Below, in pieces: positions 1 through 22,224 of a stretch of 64,000 nt of DNA. Positions within the stretch are counted from its first letter, which is position 1. Each line of letters begins with the position of its first letter. A model generated the notes under the pieces. That model was not told the DNA's origin and did not search any database. It worked only from the letters and a program-made list of their open reading frames with translations. The DNA is taken from contig NC_088807.1 in the NCBI RefSeq assembly GCF_011386835.1, forward strand, positions 26,164,001 to 26,228,000, given 5' to 3'. Position numbers and translations under genes: made by a program. This DNA is from Chrysemys picta bellii. Taxonomy: Eukaryota.

Positions 1-153
1 AGGGAAAGAGGTGGGGCCTAGAGGGAGGGGGAGGAGCCACAGAAGGCAGGGCCTGGTGGGAAGGGGCAGGGCTAAGATGGAAGGGTGGAACAAAAGGGGG
101 TGGGGCCCAGAGGAAAGGGGCGGGGCCTGGACAGCAGGGGCGGGGCCTCTCAC

Positions 154-6896
<6,743 letters not shown>

Positions 6897-7544
6897 GGCG
6901 GGGGCAGGCAGCACCTATGGGAGAAGGAGAAAAGGTAGGCGGGGGGCAGGGAGGGGGACGCTCTCCCCTGGCCGGCAGGGCCGAGCGCTGGGGGGGCCAG
7001 CAGTGGGGCAGGGGCAACCCCCCCCCAGGGGGGACACACTGCGCTGCCCCCCAAACCCCCTTGCAGGCTGGAGGGGCTGGGATACCCCAGCTGAGCCCCC
7101 ATCAGTGCCCCTGGGGAGTGCCCAACCCCCAAGAGCCCCCCCAAGCCAAACCCCACCCCCTGTAGGCAGAGCAATGGGGTGAAGCCAGGGGACATGGCAT
7201 GTGGGCCCCACCAGCCCAGTGCGTGGCGGGCGGGCGGGCGGGCGGGCGGGGGGGGGCGCTGATCTTCCCACCCCACCTGCAGGGAACAAGCCCTCCCCCC
7301 ACCCGGCCTCCTGCCTCCCTAGCCCCCAGCTGCACGAGCTACAACCTGCAGGCTCCACCCCCCAGGTGCGGCCAGGTGCATGCTGGGATGTGCACCCCCC
7401 CCCCCCCGGGCCAGTCCCGAAATGTGCCTCCCCCCGTCCTTGCAGTTGGGGAAGAAGGGGGGTGCTCCTTCACTTCCTGTCCCAAAGCGGGCACCTGCCC
7501 CCCTGCATCCCAGGGCCAAGGAGACTTAACAACATCTAGGACAG

Positions 7545-8230
7545 CGGGGGCTGGGGGGGAGCGGGGGCTGGGGGGGGGCGGGGGCTGCGGGTCGGGAGTG
7601 AGGGGCACTGGGGGGGCTGGGGGGAGCGGGTGCTGTGGGGCGGGAGTGGGGGGCGCTGTGGGGCGGGAGTGGGGGGCACCGGCGGGGCTGGGGGGGGCGG
7701 AAGCTGCGGGTCGGGAGTGGGGGGCACCAGCAGGGCTGGGAGGGGGCTGTGGGTCGGGAGTGGGGGGGCGCTGGGGGCTGAGAGTCGGGGGGGGGCGGGG
7801 GCTGTGGGGCGGGAGTGAGGGGCGCTGGGGGGGGCCTGGAGTGGGGGGCGCTGGGGGCTGCGGGGCGGGAGTGAGGGGCGCTGGGGGGGGCTGGAGTGGG
7901 GGGCGCTGGGGCTGTGGGTCGGGAGTGGGGGGCTGCGGGGCGGGAGGGGGCGGCCGCTGGGGGGGGCGGGAGTGGGGGGCGCTGGGGCTGAGAGGCGGGA
8001 GCGGGGGGCGGGGGCTGTGGGCCGGGAGTGGGGGGCGCTGGGGGGGGGCGGGGGCTGTGGGGCGGGAGGGGGGCGCTGGGGGGGGCTGGAGTGAGGGGCG
8101 CTGGGGCTGTGGGGCGGGAGTGGGGGGCGCTGGGGGGGGGCGGGGGCTGTGGGGCGGGAGTGGGGGGCGCTGGGGGGGGCGGGGGCTGTGGGTCGGGGGG
8201 GGGCGGGGGCTGTGGGGCGGGCGCTGGGGG
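7545..8230 (+). repeat. G-rich ~30-45-bp minisatellite family (gggctgcgggtcgggagtgaggggcaccggca), degenerate
   Basis: Direct inspection. Confidence 0.75.
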
Positions 8231-8989
8231 GACCCTTACCCCGGCTCTGTCCCGGCTCCCAGTCGTCTCGGTCCCCGCTCCGCGTCCGGCTGCCCCGCGG
8301 GGGGGTGAGATCTCGCCCCCCCCATGGGAAGTTCCCAGGACGAAGGGGGCCGATAATCCCCCGGCCAATCCCTGCCCAGCAGCTGATCCCCCCCCCCCGT
8401 TAACCCCTCCCTGCCCGCTGCCCTCCCCCCTCACCTGGCTGGGGGCGGGCCCCGGAACAGCGCAGGGGATGGGGCCTCCCCGGCGGGGGGAGGGGAAGTG
8501 GGGGTCAGGGGAGGGGCAGGTCCCCAGAGGGGGGAGGGGAAGTGGGGGTCCGAGGAGGGGCAGGTCCCCGGAGGGGGGAGGGGAAGTGGGGGTCCGAGGA
8601 GGGGCAGGTCCCCAGAGGGGGGAGGGGGAACTGTATGGGGGGGGGGTGTCCCTCAAGGGGGAAGTGGGGGGGTTCCCGGAGGGAGAAGCAGTGGGGGGGG
8701 GGGAACAGATCTAGGACGATGTGGGGAGCCCCCCAGCCCAGGGGCATGCTGGGAGCTGCAGCCTTTGGGGGCTCCCCCGCAGCAGTGCATGCTGGGAATA
8801 TCTCTGCTGCCCCACGAGCCCACCCGGGCTTCGCTGGCGCCCCAGGCCCGGGAACCAGACCCTGAGACCTCGAGACTCAGCAATGCCCCCACAGCGGGGG
8901 TGGGGAGCCAGGACACCTGGGTTCTCTCAGCTTGGGGTGGGGGTGGGGAAGGGGGGTCTGCTACGGCCCCTTTGCTCAGACAGCCGGGC

Positions 8990-11520
8990 AGGAAGGACGT
9001 CCTGGGGGGGATGAGGGACCCATGGCAGGGGGATGGGGGGACCCCACTGTGGGCAGCGGGACCCCACAGCGAGCAGGGGCTGGGGGACCCCACGGCGGGT
9101 GGGCCGGATGGGGAGGAGTATGGAGGGACCCCACAGCAGGCGAGCAGGGAGATGGGGGGACCCCCTGGCGGGTGGGCCGGATGGGGAGGAGTATGGAGGG
9201 ACCCCACAGCAGGCGAGCAGGGAGATGGGGGACCCCCTGGCGGGTGGGCAGGGGGTTGGGGGGACCCCACGGTGGGTGGACTGGATGAGCAGGGGGTTGG
9301 GGGGAACCCATGGCAGGTGGGCTGGATAGACAGGGGGCCGAGGGACTCCTCAGTGGACGGGTAGGGGGACCCCATGGCAGGCGGGCTGGATGGGCAGGGG
9401 GCTGAGGGACCCCTCGGCAGGCGGGCAGGGGAATGGAGGGACCCCATGGCGGGTGGGCCGGACGGGCAGGGGGCCGAGGAACCCCACGGCGTGTGGGTTG
9501 GATGGGCAGATGAATGGGGGGACCCCACGGCGGGCGAGCAGGGAGATGGGGGACGCCACGGGGGGTGGGCCGGATGGGCAGGGAGTTGGGGGGACCCCAT
9601 GGCAGGTGGGCTGGATGGGCAGGGGGCCGAGGGACCCCTCGGCGTGCGGGCAGGGGGATGGGGGGACCCCACGGCGGGCGGGGCTGGATGGGCATGGGGA
9701 TGGGGGACCCCACAGTGGGCGAGCAGAGTAACCCCATGGCGGGTGGGCCGGATGGGCAGGGGGTTGGGGGGACCCCACAGTTGGCGAGCAGGGGGACCCC
9801 ATGGCAGGTGGGATGGATGGGCAGGGGGCCGAGGGACCCCACGGCGCGCGGGCAGGGGGATTGGGGGACCCCAAGGCGGGCGGGCAGGGGGACCCCATGG
9901 TGGGTGGGCCGGATGGGCAGGGGGTTCGGGGGACCCCACAGTGGGCGAGCAGTGGACCCCATGGCAGGTGGGCTGGATGGGCAGGGGGCCGAGGGACCCC
10001 ACGGCGTGCGGGCAGGGGGATGGGGGGACCCCAAGGCGGGCGGGCTGGATGGGCAGGGGGATGGGGGACCCCACAGTGGGCGAGCGGGGGAACCCCATGG
10101 CGGGTGGGCCGGATGGGCAGGGGGCCGAGGGACCCCACGGCGGGTGGGCAGGGGGATGGGGGGACCCCACAGTGGGCGAGCGGGGGGACCCCATGGTGGG
10201 TGGGCCGGATGGGCAGGGGGTTGGGGGGACCCCACAGTGGGCGAGCAGGGGGACCCCATGGCAGGTGGGCTGGATGGGCAGGGGGCCGAGAGACCCCACG
10301 GCGTGCGGGCAGGGGGATGGGGGGACCCCAAGGCGGGCGGGCTGGATGGGCAGGGGGATGGGGGACCCCACAGTGGGCGAGCAGGGAGACCCCATGGCAG
10401 GTGGGCTGGATGGGCAGGGGGCCGAGGGACCCCACGGCGGGTGGGCAGGGGGATGGGGGGACCCCATGGCGGGTGGGCCAGATGGGCAGGGGGGACCCCA
10501 CGGCGGGCGAGCAGGGGGACCCCACGGCGGGCGAGCAGGGGGACCCCATGGCAGGTGGGCTGGATGGGCAGGGGGCCGAAGGACCCCACGGCGGGCGGGC
10601 AGGGGGACCCCATGGCGGGTGGGCCGGATGGGCAGGGGGTTTGGGGGACCCCACAGTGGGCAAGCAGGGGTACCCCATGGCAGGTGGGCTGGATGGGCAG
10701 GGGGCCGAGGGACTCCACGGCGGGTGGGCAGGGGGATGGGGGGACCCCACAGTGGGCGAGCAGGGGGACCCCATGGCAGGTGGGCTGGATGGGCAGGGGG
10801 CCGAAGGACCCCATGGCGGGCGGGCAGGGGGACCCCATGGCGGGTGGGCCGGATGGGCAGGGGGTTGGGGGGACCCCACAGTGGGCAAGCAGGGGGACCC
10901 CATGGCAGGTGGGCTGGATGGGCAGGGGGCCGAAGGACCCCACGGCGGGCGGGCAGGGGGACCCCATGGCGGGTGGGCCGGATGGGCAGGGGGTTTGGGG
11001 GACCCCACAGTGGGCAAGCAGGGGTACCCCATGGCAGGTGGGCTGGATGGGCAGGGGGCCGAGGGACTCCACAGCGGGGTGGGCAGGGGGATGGGGGGAC
11101 CCCACAGTGGGCGAGCAGGGGGACCCCATGGCAGGTGGGCTGGATGGGCAGGGGGCCGAAGGACCCCATGGCGGGCGGGCAGGGGGACCCCATGGCGGGT
11201 GGGCCGGATGGGCAGGGGGTTGGGGGGACCCCACAGTGGGCAAGCAGGGGGACCCCATGGCAGGTGGGCTGGATGGGCAGGGGTCTGAGGGACCCCACGG
11301 CGGGTGGGCCGGATGGGCAGGGGGCTGAGGGACCCCTCGGCGTGCGGGCAGGGGGATGGGGGGACCCCACGGCGGGCGGGCCGGATGGGCAGGGGGATAG
11401 GGGACCCCACGGCAGGCGAGCAGGGGGACCCCATGGCAGGTGGGCTGGATGGGCAGGGGGCTGAGGGACCCCTCGGCGCGCGGGCAGGCGGATGTGGGGA
11501 CCCCACGGCGGGCGGGCAGG
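8990..11520 (+). repeat. Large G-rich minisatellite (gggggaccccac/atgg...gtgggctggatgggcaggggg), higher-order structure
   Basis: About 2.5 kb; nearly stop-free in several frames. Confidence 0.9.
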
Positions 11521-12322
11521 GGGCGGCGCACCAGGAAGGAGCCGGAGGGGTGAAATCTCTCCGTATATTAAGTGCTTTGTTTTCAGGGGGCCGTGTCCAA
11601 CTCCCCCCTCCCCCCCTTCAGTAGCATTGCATAGGGCGGCCATGGGGGGCGCCGGGGCTGGCCAGCCCAGCACCTGACCCACGGCTACAAGACATCAGAG
11701 GGGCCCCCCACCCTGCCCCACGGTGCCCCCCAGCAGACAGGCAGATCACATCGTGCCCAGCCCCAGGGCTGATGGGATTGAGCTGCGGGGGGTGCAGCGG
11801 AGGTGCTCGGGGAGCCCTGAGGTTGGCAGTGGGTCCGGGGGGGGCCCGAGGCTGGGGGGGTGTTAACGGCCAACCACTGAACACAATTAATTAATGGAAA
11901 AAGACCCTGAGCTGCACGGAACAGGCCACTGGAGGGGCAGGCCCCCCCTGGCCACTGGGGGGGGGGGGTTATTTACCCACAATGCCCCTCTCCCATGGCC
12001 AGACAGGGCCCCACCCGGCCACTGGGGGGGGGTATTTACCCACCATGCCCCCAGCGCCCTGGGCCGATACCCGACTCCACCAGGCCCAGGCCCCCCCCCC
12101 CAGACGACTGCCCCACTTGTGACGCGGCGGGGGGAGCGCTGCCCCCCAGTGGCCAGGCTGGGAACTGCAGCCCCCCTCAATAACTTAAGGGATGCGATTA
12201 ATTGCCCCAAGCCCTGAGCTGGGGCCGCGGGCAAAGCTCAATCACAGAGTCCAGCCCAGCAGGGGGCGCCGGGGGGGGGGATCCTGGTCCGTCTTCGGGT
12301 GCTGGTGGGGCGGGGGGGGGGA

Positions 12323-16120
<3,798 letters not shown>

Positions 16121-16750
16121 GGTTCGGTCCGCTCAGGCCCGGGGGCGGGGCCGCGCCAGCCCCCCTCCCGCTCAACCCTCGTTTTCAAACGGAAGAGGCG
16201 CGAGGGGAGCAACGGCCGCCGCCAACTGCCAAACTCGAGCGCCTCGCGCGTCTCTCCCTCCCCCCTCTGTTCCTCTCTCCCCTTCCCGCTCTGATTGGCC
16301 AGCGGCAGGGCGGCCCCGCCAACGGCGGGAGGGGAAAGCCTTCCGTCCCACGTGGGGGGGCGAACCGGGCGGCCACTGGCCGGCGGCGCCAGCAATCGTC
16401 GCGGGTTCCGCCTTCGTCCCGCCTCCCACGTGGGGGACCCGGACGCTGATACGACGGGCGCCTTCTCGGCGGCGGCCAATGGGCAGGAGGCGGAACCAGG
16501 CTCGGTGGATTCGGTCGCGTCCGCCAGAGATGGGGCGGGGCGGGGGCCCTCGGCAGTGTCTCAAAGGGAGACTGCGCGGGACGCATGCGCGTTGGCAGGA
16601 ACGTCCCTCGGTGCATGCGCAGTAACGCCGAATGCGGCGCTTGCGCCCTGGGCACCGAGCTGTGGGTAAGCGCGCGTCCGCCAGGCGGAGCAAATGCACG
16701 TGGCGCGTAATTGCTCATTGCGCCGACGTAGTGCTCCGGGAACAACGGTG
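16121..16750 (-). promoter_or_regulatory. CpG-island promoter of TSPYL2
   Basis: CpG dense; CCAAT boxes (gattggcc ~16292, ggccaatg ~16474), NRF1-like GCATGCGC (~16583, ~16613), CACGTG E-boxes. Confidence 0.65.
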
Positions 16751-17200
16751 CCTTGCACACGAGAGTGCACCAGAAACAAGATTGTGTGATGTATAATAGT
16801 GCATTGCACAAGCCTATGCTCTGCACAGAATAGAGCCCCACAAATAATGGTGCGTTGCACACGAGAGTGCAGTGCATACAAGGCATTGTGTGCAATAGTG
16901 CATTACACGTAGTAATGCACTGCAAACAATAGATCCCTGCACAGACTGGTACATTGCAAACGAGAGTGCATTGCACAATACAATGCCCTGCAAACTATAG
17001 AGCCCCGCGGATAATGGTGCATTGCACACGAGAGTGCAGTGCATACAAGGCATTGTGTGCAATAGTGCATTACACGTAGTAATGCATTACACGTAGTAAT
17101 GCACTGCAAACAATAGAGCCCTGCCAATAATGGGGCCCCCGTGAATAATGGTGCCTTGCACGTGAGAATGCACTGCAAACAATAGTGCATTGTGCATTGC
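16740..17200. repeat. TGCAC/GTGCA-rich degenerate tandem repeat
   Basis: Repeated gtgcattgcacacgagagtgca and gcattacacgtagtaatgcac. Confidence 0.7.
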
Positions 17201-17551
17201 ACATGGCAAAGCAAATATTAGTCGTGCTGCAAATAGCCGTCGGCCTCATAAAGAACAGCCTAGAGGGGAGCAAAAGATACTGCCTCCCCTGCCCCACTTG
17301 AGGGGCAGTAGATTGCAGGGGGGGGGGCTTTTCCAGCCGGACCCTATAATCCAGCAAAGAGGAAATACAATTGGGGAGGGGAGGGGGCTGCTGCATTGCT
17401 GAGTCACCACTGTGTGGCACTGTGACCCTGAATCTCGGGAGAGACATTTACAAAGGGATAGAAAGGGGGCCCTACAGCGGGGGGGCTCTGCAAGGGGCGC
17501 TCTCCCCTAGCCTGGCTTTTCCCCCAGCCTGGCTTTTCCCCCCCTAAAATT

Positions 17552-17810
17552 GAGGGATTGAACCCCGGCGTCCGGGCCGAATCCCAGCTCGGAGGCACCC
17601 ATTCTTCAGCTCGAAATTTCCACTCCAGTTGCACTCAGAAACAGGCATCAGCTTCACTTCCTGTCCCAAACTGCTCCCCAGCCAGCCCACCCCACAGGTG
17701 GCTGCATCTCAGCACCAGGCAAGCCAGCACCATGCAGCGTTATGTGTGGCTGTTCCCCAGTTGTCCCACCCCAGAGGTGGCTGCATCTCAGTGCCAGGCG
17801 AGGCGTCCCT
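17552..17810 (+). mobile_element. AmnSINE1/DeuSINE-like fragment (GC-shifted)
   Basis: Same motif order as 1965-2222, in inverted orientation. Confidence 0.55.
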
Positions 17811-18179
17811 GTGTGGCTGCTCCATCCCAGACGTGGCTGCATGTCTCCCCCTCACCCCATGCCCCAGATCTTATCATGCTAGCTGTTTTCGAAGAAAGAG
17901 AAATCTGTGACCTTTGAATCGAAATTTCGGGGGCAGGGTCGGCCCCGAAAGCAGGAAACCAAAGCACAGATGGAGGTTTCGGTTCAGATGCCAGGGGAGC
18001 CAGCTGCTTCCTGGCCCGAACTCTGCCCCGGGCGCACCAGCGCCCCTGAGCTGGGAGAGGCCGAGGCTGGCATAGCCGGGGTCTGCATTCAAACTGCGCT
18101 CGCCCGACCCAGCTTGCAGGGGGGAAAAGGCAGAGAAGGGATTTCTTCCACAACGGCCAATAGTGACTGATGGCAAGAA

Positions 18180-19185
18180 TCAGGGATTGAACCCAGGAGT
18201 CCTGGCTCCCAGCCCCCCCTGCTCTAACCACCGGACCCCACTCCCCTCCCAGAGCCGGGGAGAGAACCCAGGAGTCCTGACTCCCAGCCCCCCTTCTCTA
18301 ACCCACCAGCCCCCACTCCCTTCCCAGAGCCGGCGAGAGAACCCAGGAGTCCTGGCTCCCAGCCCCCCTGCTCTAACCCACCAGCCCCCATTCCCCTCCT
18401 GGAGCCAAGGAAAGAACCCAGGTGTCCGGGCACTCCGGGAGACGGGCCCTGCGTTCCCCTGGCTCGAAGAAAACACTGTTTGGTCAGTTAGTTTAATTCC
18501 ATCAGTTTTTATATCAAAAAGAAAATAAACGAGAACAGTCCGTGCCCCCCGGCACCCCGAAAAAGGGGGGAGGGGCTGGACAAGAACCAAAGATCTGAGC
18601 GAACCCCCACACTGCCACCCCCGCCCCAGCCCAATGCTCTCCCTCCCCCGACAGAGCGGCTGCCCCCCCCCCAGGGTCTCTGTCCGGACGTCCTGTCGCC
18701 ATCTCGTGCCCTCCCCTCCCCCCAAGCCCCGAAATTATCGGGGAGGGGTATTTTTGTACAAAAACATTGATTTTTTTTCCACGTCTTTTTCTTCAATTTT
18801 TTTTTCTGCCAAAAAAATCCCCCACCCCCCAAAAAACTCCGAACAAAACCAGCGAGTGGAGAGTTCTGAGCCCGGTCGGATCCGTTGTTGGGCCGGGGCC
18901 CAGCTGGAAACCCCCCCACCACCCTTCACTCACCTATTTCAGGAGTCCTGGCTCCCAGCCCCCTGGGTCTAACCCACCAGACCCCACTTCCCGTCCAGAG
19001 CCGGGGGAGAGAACCCAGGAGTCCTGGCTCCCAGCCCCCCTGGGTCTAACCCACCAGACCCCACTTCCCATCCAGAGCCGGGGGAGAGAACCCAGGAGTC
19101 CTGGCTCCCAGCCCCCCCTGTTCTAACCACCAGCCCCACTCCCCTCCCAGAGCCGGGGATGGAACCCAGGAGTCCTGGCTCCCGG
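18180..19185 (-). repeat. Two SINE-head arrays (18180-18430 and 18945-19185)
   Basis: gagagaacccaggagtcctggctcccagcccc units on + strand. Confidence 0.7.
18492..18497 (-). terminator. Candidate poly(A) signal (ATTAAA), probably for a long GPR173 3' UTR
   Basis: tttaat on + strand within an AT-rich block (18480-18830) containing upstream UGUA and U-rich elements on the - strand. Confidence 0.4.
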
Positions 19186-19482
19186 TGCTAGGTCCTCCCT
19201 TCCCCATCCCAGCCGCCGGCGGTCCCAGAGACGGATTCTGATCTCATTTCTGTGGGTATCAATCTGGAGTCACTTCCCTGCTGCCTGCAGGGTGCGTCTG
19301 GCCAGGAGCCAGGGATCAGGGCTCGGCCCCGTAACATCCCGCCCCAAATCCCTTTGCCCTCCGGAGTCTGTCCCTGCGGGAATGCAAACAGCTCTGGGGA
19401 GGAGCAAAGGGGCTGGGAAAGGGAGACAGTCCCCTGTGTACCTGTTCTTCTCCCATCTACTCTTGCATGCAGCTGTGTTCCT

Positions 19483-21293
19483 GCAGGGTACTCTAGCGTT
19501 ATGTTACTCCACCTGTTACTCCAGCACCGCTGCCTGTTCTTGTGCACGGTACCCGAGCGTCGGCGCAGGGTACTCTAGCGTTATGTTACTCCACCTGTTA
19601 CTCCAGCACCGCTGCCTGTTCTTGTGCACGGTACCCGAGCGTCGGCGCAGGGTACTCTAGCGTTATGTTACTCCGCCTGTTACTCCAGCACCGCTGCCGT
19701 TCCCTGTGCACGGTACCCGAGCGTCGGCGCAGGGTACTCTAGCGTTATGTTACTCCGCCTGTTACTCCAGCACCGCTGCCTGTTCCTGTGCACGGTACCC
19801 GAGCATCGGCGCAGGGTACTCTAGCAGTGTGTGTGTTACTCCGCCTGTTACTCCAGCACCGCTGCCTGTTCCTGTGCACGGTACCCGAGCATCGGCGCAG
19901 GGTACTCTAGCAGTGTGTGTGTTACTCCGCCTGTTACTCCAGCACCGCTGCCTGTTCCTGTGCACGGTACCTGAGCGTCGGCGCAGGGTACTCTAGCGTT
20001 GTGTGTGTTACTCCGCCTGTTACTCCAGCACCGCTGCCTGTTCCTGTGCACGGTACCTGAGCGTCGGCGCAGGGTACTCTAGCGTTGTGTGTGTTACTCC
20101 GCCTGTTACTCCAGCACCGCTGCCTGTTCCTGTGCACGGTACCTGAGCGTTGGCGCAGGGTACTCTAGCGTTGTGTGTGTTACTCCGCCTGTTACTCCAG
20201 CACCGCTGCCTGTTCCTGTGCACGGTACCCGAGCATCGGCGCAGGGTACTCTAGCGGTGTGTGTGTTACTCCGCCTGTTACTCCAGCACCGCTGCCTGTT
20301 CCTGTGCACGGTACCTGAGCGTTGGCGCAGGGTACTCTAGCGTTGTGTGTGTTACTCCGCCTGTTACTCCAGCACCGCTGCCTGTTCCTGTGCGCGGTAC
20401 CCGAGCATCGGCGCAGGGTACTCTAGCGGTGTGTGTGTTACTCCGCCTGTTACTCCAGCACCGCTGCCTGTTCCTGTGCACGGTACCTGAGCGTCGGCGC
20501 AGGGTACTCTAGCGTTGTGTGTGTTACTCCGCCTGTTACTCCAGCACCACTGCCTGTTCCTGTGCACGGTACCTGAGCGTCAGCGCAGGGTACTCTAGCG
20601 TTGTGTGTGTTACTCCGCCTGTTACTCCAGCACCGCTGCCTGTTCCTGTGCACGGTACCTGAGCGTTGGCGCAGGGTACTCTAGCGTTGTGTGTGTTACT
20701 CCGCCTGTTACTCCAGCACCGCTGCCTGTTCCTGTGCACGGTACCCGAGCATCGGCGCAGGGTACTCTAGTGGTGTGTGTGTTACTCCGCCTGTTACTCC
20801 AGCACCGCTGCCTGTTCCTGTGCACGGTACCTGAGCGTTGGCGCAGGGTACTCTAGCGTTGTGTGTGTTACTCCGCCTGTTACTCCAGCACCGCTGCCTG
20901 TTCCTGTGCGCGGTACCCGAGCATCGGCGCAGGGTACTCTAGCGTTATGTGTTACTCCACCTGTTACTCCAGCACCGCTGCCTGTTCCTGTGCACGGTAC
21001 CTGAGCGTCGGCGCAGGGTACTCTAGCGTTATGTGTTACTCCACCTGTTACTCCAGCACCGCTGCCTGTTCCTGTGCACGGTACCTGAGCGTCGGCGCAG
21101 GGTACTCTAGCGTTGTGTGTGTTACTCCGCCTGTTACTCCAGCACCGCTGCCTGTTCCTGTGCACGGTACCCGAGCATCGGCGCAGGGTACTCTAGTGTT
21201 GTGTGTTACTCCGCCTGTTACTCCAGCACCGCTGCCTGTTCCTGTGCACAGTACCCGAGCATCGGCGCAGGGTACTCTAGCGTTGTGTGTGTT
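19483..21293. repeat. Homogeneous 82-86-bp tandem array, about 21 copies
   Basis: Unit gcagggtactctagcgttgtgtgtgttactccgcctgttactccagcaccgctgcctgttcctgtgcacggtacctgagcgtcggc; ORF-track periodicity of 82 then 86 nt. Confidence 0.95.
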
Positions 21294-21511
21294 AATATCA
21301 CTGCCTGTCACCCTGGCACGGCCGCCTGTGATCCTGCCGCTGTCTGCAGCCACTGGCCCCTTTCCCCAGAACACGCGGCCATCGCAGCCGCCCCGTTTCC
21401 CTCCCGCCGGAGCCGCCAGGGATTTCAGGGGGAGGATGGATCATACCCCGCCCCCCAGTTTCCTCGTTGCATTGTTCCAGGATGACATGGTCTGTTGGGC
21501 TCCCATTGGCT

Positions 21512-21525
21512 GTTGCCATGGAAAC
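21512..21525. promoter_or_regulatory. RFX X-box (GTTGCCATGGAAAC) next to an inverted CCAAT
   Basis: 13/14 match to the palindromic X-box. Confidence 0.45.
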
Positions 21526-21744
21526 AGGGGGGCAAGTCCCTGGTTACTGACTGACAGGTTGCTAAATCACCCAGCCGAGGCAGGGGGTGGGCGTTGGTGG
21601 GCTGGACTCCCTCTCCTGCTCTCCCCATCCTCCCTTCTCCATCCCCCTTCCCCGGGTTCTCCCTCCAGCCCCACCCCATTCACTCATCCCTGCACGAGAC
21701 ACAGCAAATTCCCCATTTTAGGTACCTGGGTGTGAATCCAGAAT

Positions 21745-22120
21745 AACCCACCCCATCTGGAGTAAGTCCGCTGAAGTCAGGGGGTGACTCTGGATTGACT
21801 CTGGATTAACTGAGATCAGAATCCAGCGCCGACCTCACTGCAGTTAGGGGGTGACTCTGGATTGACTGAGATCAGAATCCGGCCCCAACCCCACTGCAGT
21901 CAGGGGGTGACTCTGGATTGACTCTGGATTAACTGAGATCAGAATCCAGCCCCGACCCCACTGCAGTCAGGGGGTGACTCTGGATTGACTGAGATCAGAA
22001 TCCGGCCCCGACCCCACTGCAGTCAGGGGGTGACTCTGGATTGACTCCGGATTAACTGAGATCAGAATCCGGCCCCGACCCCACTGCAGTCAGGGGGTGA
22101 CTCTGGATTGACTCTGGATG
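21745..22120. repeat. Tandem array of a MITE-like half element (ggggtgactctggatt...ctgagatcagaatcc)
   Basis: About 5 units of 60-72 bp. Confidence 0.75.
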
Positions 22121-22224
22121 TCCAGACTCCCGACCTGCCCTGACGCACCCAGCTCCTCGAACCCTCTCCCCCGGCCCTGACCCTTCGGGGACACCCCCGG
22201 CGTGACGTATCCAGCGCCCCCCCC

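Noticed and set aside
8236-8440. Candidate non-coding semaphorin 5' exons (donor-like sites near 8240 and 8435)
   Set aside because: Plausible but no independent support from sequence alone, so not called as features
8653-11682. ORFs of 495-1009 aa on both strands
   Set aside because: They are translations of a minisatellite whose unit lacks stop codons; no domain or splice support
19483-21293. CRISPR-like appearance of the 86-bp array
   Set aside because: No unique spacers (units are near-identical end to end), no cas genes, vertebrate context
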